The notes under the pieces were generated by a model that saw only the letters and a list, made by a program, of their open reading frames with translations, did not search any database and was not told the origin of the DNA. 64,000 nt of DNA from Tubiluchus corallicola (taxonomy: Eukaryota; Animalia; Priapulida), in contig JAQGDQ010000283.1 in assembly GCA_030141605.1 (NCBI GenBank), forward strand, positions 124,001 to 188,000. The letters run 5' to 3'. The position numbers and the translations under genes were made by a program. The number at the start of each line of letters is the position of its first letter. Position 1 is the stretch's first letter. Below, in pieces: positions 53,918 through 64,000 of this stretch.

Positions 53918-56900
53918 ATGAAATTAGCTGTGATAGTATTATTTCTTTTGGTGATTTTTTATTCGCTTAGTGATGGACATCCAATGAAAAAGAAAAAGAA
54001 GTATGAAGAAAGTGATGATGATGATGATGATGATGAAGAAGATCGTGGTCCTAGAAGAAGATATTATAAGAAATCACGTGGTAAAAAACGTGGTAAAAAA
54101 TACGGTTATGAACCAAGGCAACGTGTACAGGATGATTACGATGCAGAGGTGGGCATATACAGTTATGTAATATCAGCTGTGATTACAAACTAATGCAAAG
54201 CTGTTGAATTAATTGGTGTTTGACTAAATTTTATTGCCACTAATTCTTGCATTAATTTTTCAGTTTTTATTTTCTTTTGAAAAAGTTGCATACGTAAAAA
54301 CGTGTTTGTACAGCTACAGTAAAATATGTCATGCGGATAAAAGCGCTAACATTCCAAAATGCTGTTCTTGTGGCAAAGCAATATTACATGAAGCATAATA
54401 ATATTATGCATTATACTACAAATATTGTTTGACTGTCTTACTGATTTTTTGCAGTTGTTTTTGGAGCACTATGGCTACTTGTCTAGTCCCCCTTATACTG
54501 GGGATTCAATTCAGTTAAAAAATGAGGAGGATGTTATGAGGGCAATTAGAATGTTTCAGAAAACTGCAAATGTAAATCAAACAGGTAACAGTCATTACAG
54601 TAAGTCCTCACTTAATGATACACATGCGTTCCAGCAATACATGACGTTAAACAAAACGTTGTTAAATGAAACCAAGACTGCCATAGAAAAATAATGCAAA
54701 GGAATTGTTTTATTAGTTTCATTCATATTTCTACTGATTAATTTCTTTGCTTGTTTACTGTTTTAAAGCTTCAAATTAGGTGCAAGCTGCCAGAGATTGA
54801 ATCACACGCTAACTTATGATTGTCTGATTTCATCTAAAAAGATAAATAATAATAATTATTTTTGAGGGTGACGAGATTTAAGACGAAAAATTTAGTGTAA
54901 TGTATAAGAGTAATCTGGGAAATTGTGGGTAATACTTTGTGAGTAATTGCCAAACATTGCATTAGTTTTTGTATCACCACTTTTTCATATTTTTCAAACT
55001 TAAATCAAACTGAGTTTGAGCCTGCTGAAATGCGATACACGAACAAAGTTTAAGAAGTTTTATTTGGCAAAGCAAAGGAACTAGCAGCTTTACAGCAGTG
55101 CAATGGTTTTTGTAAATGGTAAAATTTATTACTTATACTGTGTGTTTTTATGAATCTACGGCTATAAGACTAAGAGCTGCAGAAGTGGAAAGATATTACT
55201 TAAGTAATATCTGTACAATGCTTAATTCTGTTCTTATTGTGAAGGCCTTTTTTTAAAACAAATTTCTGTTATATTCAAACAGGAATCAAATTGGTATTAT
55301 CCTTCAGTATTTTTAAAATTTTGTTTTAGTTGTCTTTTTTACATTAATAATTTACATTTTTTAGGTACGATTGATAGTGATACGATGACCATGATGAACG
55401 CAGCACGCTGCGGCCTCCCAGATGTTCCTGGGGTAGGAGGACGAGCAAAACGTTATTCTTTGCATGGTGAGGATAAAACTGACTTGGTTAGTTGTAATGA
55501 GCAAATAAGTTTTTGAAGAAAGGGACATTGAAATTTGTGAGACAAGCTGGCAGCTAAACGTAAGACGTTGTAATACTAAAATGCACATGTATTGTATATT
55601 TAATCTGCCTTGCACAGTATAATTTTACTCGTAAAGTGAGAATTTAAAAAAGACTTTTCAAAAAATTGATGTGCCTTTTTGTTTTTATAAGCTTCCATTT
55701 AGGAGAAAATGCATGTGAGCCAAGGAAAGGGATACCACTTTTTCCATGCCTGGATTTCTGCTATGAAAATATTAAATCAGAAACCATTTGGACCAGGGTT
55801 TTAACACTGAATAAACAGTTGATGCTTCACCATCACTCTTCATCATACAACTTAAAAAGTTATGCACAAATATTTCATTTTTGGTCAATGTGTCTGTTTC
55901 ATTTTATTTCTAGAGCAATTAATTCTTTCATTGCTGCATAAATACCTGGTAGGAGTTTTATTGCTATATTGTGTTTAAGTTTTTATACTGTTATATCAAT
56001 ATACATGTTTTCAGAAAAAGTTGAATAAATGGTAATATATACCGTCTAATGCATTTCTTATGTAGCAGCAATACTCTGACTGAACTGTGGAGGGACAATG
56101 AGCTAATGGTAAATTAAAGCATTATTTTCAAGTAAAAGTCTAAGGATTTTTTAGGAACAAGATGGCCATCAAAAACACTAAGGTGGCGAATTACGAAATT
56201 CAGCCAAGAATTGTCTGAGCTAGACACAAGAACTGAAATCACATCAGCATTTAAGGTAGGGTTCTTCTGAAAAATCTTACTTGTTTTAATTGATGTATGA
56301 GCATTGGGGGAACATGTAACAGCTCGGCATGGTGACGATTATCAGTGAATTATGGGCTGGAGTAGTGATATGATTATTACAAATTTTTTACGTCAGTTAT
56401 TACTGTTATAAGCTTTTGCGGCTATTTTCGGCATTAGCAGTCTTCACCTATTTTACTCAAAGAAAAAATTCTGCTAAAATAGCCATTATGATTTTGCACT
56501 ATTGCAACACAGAAGCATATAACTTCTAATGTGGGTAATGTGTGCAGACAAAAAAATGAAAACTAATAAGGCTTTAAAAACAAATCTTGTCTAGTTAATT
56601 TCCCACAGTACACGTCCTTCTTGGCAAGATGGTACTGTGATTAAAGACAATTTTTTTGTTGGCATAGCTTAGTTTTTGACATTAAGAAATGACAAGTTAA
56701 AAGTTGTTATTGAAAATCTGATGCATGCTATTTATTGCTGACATCAACGATTACGTATTGTTTATTTATTTCTCTTTGTCACAGTATTGGGCTGATGTGT
56801 CACCTCTCTTATTCATGGAAATTTCTACTGGCCGTCCAGATATTGAAATCAGATTTGAAACTGGCATGCATGGGGATGGTAATGCATTTGATGGTGCTCG

Positions 56901-59900
56901 TGGGACGCTGGCACATGCTTTTTTTCCGTATGAGGGGAAACAGGGACTTCCTGGTGACACGCACTTTGATGATGCTGAAGTGTGGACCATCGACAGCTTT
57001 GATGGTAAGATCCACTCGGCTGCACTGCACTGGTTTTTTAAGTATAGTGTGTTTGCTTAATTATGGATATATGTTGGAGCAACATCATATTTTTTCAGCA
57101 AACAATAAAAAGCTGAAAAATGCATGTGGATTTACACAGAGAAATAAGTAATACTGAATATGCCAGTAAATGAATAATAACGCTTAATAATTTAGACTTC
57201 GTTCGTTTCATTAGTTTGGTGTACAAGTATTAAATGAGCCCATATTTTTTGTGAAAAAATGTATTTATTTGGATATATTGTTTTCATATTAACTTAACAA
57301 CTTGATGTTTATTTGCTTGTTAAGCAAAAGCACTTTTTCAATTTAGGTCATTTTGTGATACATGCAAGTGTATGATTCATATTATTTGAAATCATTCCAC
57401 CATGCTGAGTAATGGATGATCTGGCAGCAGTAACGTGATTGAACCCTTTCACATTTGTGTGAAGCAGCAGGAGTTCTTTGTATTTTACTTTGATGTAATT
57501 TGCAGCTTGTAATTTGCAAATTTTTGGTTTCGTCAGTATTTTCCATTACCATCCCATTTGTTTATAGGCTCGGTGTAATAATTGTCATCCTGTCATTTTG
57601 CTCAGTGTAGTTATATTAGTATCTTGAATACTTGTTAGGGACAAATCTTCTGGGAGTTGCTGTGCACGAGTTTGGTCATGCGTTGGGGTTGCTGCATTCT
57701 GATGTGAGAGGATCAACCATGTGGCCGTATGACCATGGCTACCGGCCAGGATTTCAGCTGCATCCAGATGATGTTGCTGCCATTCAGGCCATTTATGGTA
57801 CGTTGAATGGTAACATAGTTGAGCATTTACTGGAAGCAATTCATGTTGGTTTGAAAATAATTTATATTTGTTATATCACATTTTTCTTTTAGAATTTTTA
57901 CTGTTTACTTTATTCAAGCAGCCAAGAAATTGAGTTCAGGTACCTTTCTTATGCTTGCTGTGATAGTAAAAAATGTATTTAAACTCCAGAAGACTGAAGT
58001 GGCAAAGGGCCAAACTTAGCAAATTTACTAATTTTGTGGAATGCGTGTTTACACAATTCTTTTTTTAATTTGTTGGGCTAACTTGTAAATTTTCTAGCAG
58101 GCATAGAAATTTGCCAACTTATCGAATATGCTGCATTATTTAAACAAACATTTAAGGAATTTGAAAAATGAGAACGATAATGTTGATGATTATGAAAAAA
58201 TGGTACAGTGATGTATGGTGATGTTAAACAGTGAGGGTGATAAATTATAGAAAATAAATCTGCATTTGGGATATATCATTTGTGTTTACAATGCCCAATT
58301 ATGCTGATTTTTTATATGAATAAACTACTTTTAAAGGAAGGCCCGACATAGAAGAAGGGGGAGAAACAAGAACAACGACAGCGATGACGACAACAACAAG
58401 GAGACCAAGAACAACAGCAGCACCTAGAACTACTGTACCATCAGATCCCAACGTGTGTCATGGTCAGATTGATGCTGTTAGCCTGGCACCCAATGGTCAC
58501 ACATATGCATTTAGAGGTAATATTTAGAAAAAAAACTTTTCCAAATAAAACAGCTGAAAATAAACAACTGATTATTGTTTGATCCATGCTTAAAATCTGC
58601 ACAACCTGACATTGAAATTAATGTAGTAAATCATTTTTAGTGCTAATGCTGTCTGTTATTATCAGACTAACTGAAAAACCACTGAACCTAAATGACTTTT
58701 TGTTCAACACCTCAACTGAAAAATTTCACGTTTCTTTCCCATTCTAATGTTTACAATTGGAACCAGTAATCACATTAAAATCTGTTAATTAGCAATTTAT
58801 TTTGCCTGCCACCTATTTAACTGTTTGCTAACACTTAGGTATGTTAGGTGCACATCACTTAACTTGAGCCTAAAAGTTTACTAACGTCTATAAATTTAGC
58901 CATAATTTCCTAGTAGGTGACATCAACTCTGTAAACAGTACTAGTAATCATATACTTTGCATAACGTGGTGTCATCTATTGACAAGTAAGCAAAACACTG
59001 TAAGCTGGTTTTCCATTCAATTAAGATTTGAAATTCTGGGTACTTCCCATAAACTTACTGTTATTAATAATAATTTATAGGGATTTCCCTACACATGCCT
59101 GTGCATTTTGTTTACCTGTGTTGTAGAATTTTATGAAAACTCTTCTTCTGCTCTTTGTACTCTGCTGGACGAAAATAGATTTGAGCATTAGGTTTTGAGA
59201 ATTTTTCACGTATAATAACATTACAGGTCAGTTTGTCTACACATTGGATCCTGCATTCAGTTTTTCTAATCCACAAACTTCACACACTGTGTTTCCTGGC
59301 CTTCCGCGTGGATTCATAGCAGAAGCTGCATTTGATATGGTAACATCAACGGGGAAATATCTGTATTTGGCAAATGTAAGATTTCTGTTTGATTACTATG
59401 ATAGTGCGGAAGTTTTTGCTTTAGCCAGGCTGGACTTTATTAATTTGTTAATTTGTTACTAGTTAATTAGTTTAAATTGTTACTAAAACAAAGTGCTAAG
59501 TAATAACTGGCTGATGTTTGTGCTTTTGTAATTATAATGTGCTTCACTTTTTAACATGAAGCTTTCAGCATTGAGAGGTTACAGAAAAACTGTGGTCAGT
59601 TAAAATGCAGCTAATTAATCTGACACAGGCATAACTATGTTTAAACAGCTACTCGGATATAATATAGCTGGGTTAACTCATGTCTAAAACATTTGCTATT
59701 TTGACTTTCTGTTTACGGACTGCATTTAACATTTTTTCTGAGAAAAACTTTGGATTGTTTTAGCAATAGTTTTGTGGATGGTTTTAAAGCTTTCTTGTGT
59801 TTTATTTAAATGAAGTTAAAACACGTTAGTAGCTTCATTGTGCCAGACCCATTTAGTGAATTTACACTATTTAGTGAGTTTTATTCATTAAAATAGGTAA

Positions 59901-62454
59901 ATCCTACTGTCATACTATCTGCATGTCTGGCTAAGAGTCTGAAATGGTTAAGTTTTACCTGCTGTTTTTAGAATCTTTTCCACAGCAGCTTATTGGTTAG
60001 TGCCCGTGTTGTTACCATTTCAATTGGAAGCCAAGCAGTCACTTTACATTGTTTACCTAGTTGGAGAATATGTAAGCACTGTTACAGTCATCCAACCTCG
60101 GTCATCATGGGATGACAATAAACAGACTTTGTTCTTAACTTCAGTTTATGTATTTCGGATTTTTATGAAACCATGTTAGGAAATTTATAAGCTGCAGGCT
60201 TCATTTTTTTGCACTTACTGAAAATATCAAGGTTTATGTGCTAAAATGCCGTTCTTGTTTAACAGGGTAATCGTGTTTGGAGATTTGACGGCAGTAATGC
60301 TTTGGATGCTGGTTATCCAAAACTAATAAAAAAAGCATTTGGGTTGAATGTGAGAAACTTGGATGCTGCATTCTCTTGGGGCCAAAACGGAAAAGTTTAT
60401 TTCTTTCAGAGTAAGTATAAGGCATGTGTCACACAGAGCCGGACATAATCCGTAAGATGTAAAACCATGAGGACACAAAAGCTGCCTCATAAAAAGTGAA
60501 TGTATGCTTACCAATGGTCCTTGTCATACAGGTAATCTATTTGTCTTCTGCTGCCTACCTTAAGCAATAATCCACGGTAAGCTCCTCGTAAGCAATTTTG
60601 AGCGTTCGCAATGAATTTCACCATAATTCATTTATATCATTTAAATTCATAACACAATCATATTTTAGACATTAAAAAGCAATTTTTAAATGCAACAGTA
60701 CTAATAACATAACTAGGTACATGTAGACAATAACTGTCTGACATTTATGGTTTATATTAGCTTATTAAGTGTGGAAGTGAAACACAAGTTTTTAAAAACC
60801 AGAAAAGAGATCTGTTATTCTCATCTGTTACTTTGTTGCTTTCTGGTGGCATTTGCGCATCTGTTTAGTTACAAAACACTGTTTGAAATAATTTATGAAT
60901 TGTTCTTCATGTTGCCTGTTACTGTAAATGGGTCTAACCATCATTGCTCTTTCCCACTTTTATTTTTATTTCGCTGTATTATGTGAAAGAAAGCAACCGG
61001 ATCTAGTAGCTGACTCATTTTGAATCAGGTAACATTTGAATCAGGAATCAGGTTGAATTAGGTTACAGCAGGAAAACTAATTCACACCTCTTTCAAAAAA
61101 CAGATTATGGCAAAATGCCTGATTATTTATACAGAGGAAGGAGCATACTGCAGATTATTATATACGTCTTAAGGAAGACATATTGCTTACTCCTTATGCC
61201 TTTCTCTGCGTAACGCTGGCCTAATAGTAGCTTTAAGTGGTTAAAATCATTTTACCAACGACTGCCATTGCATTATATATGTAATTTTACTAGTAGCGTT
61301 TTACCTATTTTCCAGCTAGAGATAAAGTAAAATTTTGGTAGCGTTTAATTTCAAAACTTCTGTGTGGTGTTGACGAAATGTTAAAATGTGATTATATTTA
61401 GCTACCGATTTTGTAATATTTACTTTTTGCAACCTATTAAATCCTAATTTGTTAAGACCTGTTAATGGTATATTTCTTTCTTCTAAAGAGGTATTAGCTC
61501 CTTTGTTTGCCATGGAAAAATATGTCCTCAGTTAGAACTTAAACTCAGAAGCTTTTCTTTCAAAGTAGGTCCTCTGAAAAGAGGTGTTCTCTGAAATGAA
61601 TGACTGAGGATTCGTTAAAGATGACGTGCTTAAACAGCATGGTATCAAACGAATATGTTGTAATCTACAACCATTTCAGAATGAGTAAATTAACCAAATA
61701 ATTCTTTATAGGGGGCAGATATTGGCGTACAACACCTGGGCGAGGGCTGGACACTGGTTATCCAAGACCGGTTACAGTATGGAGTGATAAGTTGGCTAGC
61801 ATGAGTGCTGCCATGACTTGGCTCAATGGCAAAACATATTTTTTCAAGGTAATGCAGCTCTTATGAATGACTAATGCTGACCTCTCAGCTTCAGGAGACA
61901 ACAAATTTGGAAATCTTTCAAGAGTTAAAAAATCCTCAAGATCGCTTAATAAGAAGTGGAACTTTTAAATTGCAAATATAAAACCAGATTATGATCATCA
62001 TGACACTGAAACTTTTTCTCGAAAAAAGTTAAACTGATTTAGTTAAATGTTAAAATAGTTTTGTAGGAACAGCACTTTTTACCTACTTTGATTTTGTTGA
62101 TCACAATTGTTTTACGTACAAAATGAGATTTTTAGAGAGGCTGTTTGGATGTGGCGACATTTTTTAGTTTTGTTCAGTAAATCAGAATTTACTGATCTTT
62201 TTGAAAAGGTATACTGTGAGACCATAATGTGTTAAAATCATGAGACTCACGGAAAAACTGTGAGAGTTGAGAGGTCTCCTTAATGACCAATGACTAAAAT
62301 TAACGTTTGTGATTCTGTTTTATCATTAATGACAGGCTAAATCAAATTTTTACTTTAGGGTGATCAATATTATCGCTACAACGATAAGGATTTTGAAATT
62401 GACACAGGATATCCACGTGACACTGCACCTATCTGGTTTGGCTGTACTCCGTGA
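53918..62454 (+). CDS. Secreted, furin-activatable matrix metalloproteinase (M10A) with hemopexin domain, about 549 aa
   Basis: Exons 53918-54148, 54455-54584, 55365-55466, 56155-56255, 56785-57004, 57639-57797, 58337-58516, 59227-59375, 60266-60410, 61712-61848 and 62359-62454 (1650 nt). Signal peptide, FLEHYGYL, cysteine switch ARCGLPD, RAKR, HGDGNAFDG..LAHAFFP, HEFGHALGLLHS, Met-turn STMWP, Thr-rich hinge, four hemopexin blades ending WFGC. No TM or GPI tail. Confidence 0.96.
61877..62278. mobile_element. Probable hAT-type MITE in MMP intron 10
   Basis: Ends gacctctcagct and agttgagaggtc are inverted; subterminal gtgaga repeats; TSD only partly preserved. Confidence 0.45.
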
Positions 62455-62560
62455 GACTTCAAGAGCATACACAGTACCTCAAATTATGCTTTATGTTATG
62501 TAGTCCACATGTACTTATTTGTATTGCATATTTATGTTTCTCTGAAAGTTAAAAATCAAT

Positions 62561-62817
62561 AAAATAGCTGCAACGGTCACTGAAAACTTAATTCTTTAAT
62601 TGTACATGAGCACTCGAGTAAAGTTCATCTCGAGTAGGTTTCGGTATTGTCCTTATGCCATCCTCAGCACAACAATGTTTAAGCCCTAATGCAGAATTTA
62701 ATGGTAGTTTTTAAGGTTTAAACATTTAGGTCAATGCCGAAATGTACAGTTGATTTCCACTCGTTTGCTTATGGACAATAAAAGAATCATGTTTTCAGTG
62801 ACTGTTGCAGCTATTTT
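62561..62817. repeat. 27-bp inverted repeat pair (MITE-like) downstream of the MMP stop
   Basis: aaaatagctgcaacggtcactgaaaac (62561-62587) versus gttttcagtgactgttgcagctatttt (62791-62817), 26/27. Confidence 0.8.
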
Positions 62818-63610
62818 CTTTAAGTTAAGAGTTCCGAGTGATAGATCTATTGCTAAAGTTAAAAGAATCACGTGGTGCAGTATTTTGTATTTAATCTCTC
62901 ACCAAACAATTGCACAGGCTTTTACTGTCAGCAGACAGACTTTAATAACTTTTGGAAATCATCTTATTGTAGCTTAAACTTTAGTTTGTATCTGTCTTGA
63001 AAGGGTATTCAGGTGAAAAACTGTGAAAAGTGTATTGTACTTTTTACTCAAAATGAGTGACTGCTATTTGAATAATGTAAATAAACAATATTACACCTCT
63101 TATTTAATGTTTAGTTTTCAAGCAAGACATCAGACATCCATCAGAGTCAGTAGGCACATTTCCAGTATACAATTTATTAGGTACACAGTGACTTCAGGCA
63201 TAAATCAAAGATATAAAAAATGCGATGCACTAACACACTTAAGTGTTCAAAATATCAGTAATATTTCAGAACCACAAATGCATGCATAAATAAGCTTTTC
63301 CAGACATTAACTAAAATACTGAACAACTTTTATCGATTTTTTGAATTTCATCTGGACATCCAGGAGATTACCAAAATTTTTAATGAATAAAACACCTACA
63401 GAATGCTGTTATGTCTGTTTTCATGATTATATATCGCTAACAGGAATGCTTCATTTTCTGATCCCCATTACAGGCAACTTGTAATTCACACCATTTATCT
63501 TGTTTTTTTGAGAGAGAGAAAAGTTGCAAAAGTAAGATTTTAAAAAAAGTGACAAAAGATTTCAAAATTTTGTGACCAAACTAGTACTAAGAATATTATG
63601 ATACAAAAGA

Positions 63611-64000
63611 CTAGCGTGTAGCAATTACTATATCATCGATCTTCAATACACTCCGAACAGTTTCTGTAGCAAGGGTTAAAGCGCTGACAGATACTAACAG
63701 AGGCTGGACAACATTCTCCTCTAAAATGTTTGTAACTGCCCCTTTCCGTACATTGATGCCAGTGTTGATCTCACCCAGTGCATGTCGGTTGCGTAAATCG
63801 GTCACGGTAGCTATCGGATTTAATCCTGCATTTTCTGCCAGTGTTATGGGAATGACTTCCAAGGCTTCGGCGAATGCTCGGAAGCAGTACGCCTCTTGAC
63901 CGGTCAACGTCTGGGCATGCTCTGCCAGCCGTAAGGACAATTCGATTTCTGGTGCACCACCGCCAGCTATAAGTGCTTTCCTTTTTACCAAGCACCGAAT
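63611..64000 (-). CDS. CCT4: T-complex protein 1 subunit delta (CCT4), 3' end (partial)
   Basis: [89 protein letters not shown]; open to the window edge. Confidence 0.95.
   Translation of the reverse strand: MRCLVKRKALIAGGGAPEIELSLRLAEHAQTLTGQEAYCFRAFAEALEVIPITLAENAGLNPIATVTDLRNRHALGEINTGINVRKGAVTNILEENVVQPLLVSVSALTLATETVRSVLKIDDIVIATR

Overview
AT-rich metazoan (invertebrate-like) genomic DNA with spliceosomal genes; the species cannot be named from sequence alone. The left 35 kb holds a tandem minus-strand cluster of three secreted, divergent pentraxin-domain genes: C (partial, runs off the left edge), A (6 coding exons, about 332 aa, poly-Asp tail) and B (6 coding exons, about 274 aa). 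A and B arose from a segmental duplication (about 5.2-18.75 kb versus 22.8-46.5 kb) that also copied the first coding exon of TMEM33, leaving an orphan frameshifted copy. The right part holds complete TMEM33 (7 coding exons, one U12-type intron), a complete secreted matrix metalloproteinase (11 exons, about 549 aa) and the 3' end of CCT4 on the minus strand. Intergenic and intronic space carries decayed LINEs, a Penelope-like element, non-autonomous Helitron concatemers, a Helentron-type element, MITEs, a tRNA-derived insert and microsatellites. The main leads are the pentraxin trio with different charged appendages, an apparent gene-conversion tract containing only amino-acid-changing differences, a charge-patterned MMP N-terminal insert and a palindrome of two degenerate minimal hammerhead ribozymes. 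All gene models and alignments were built by hand; no database search was run.
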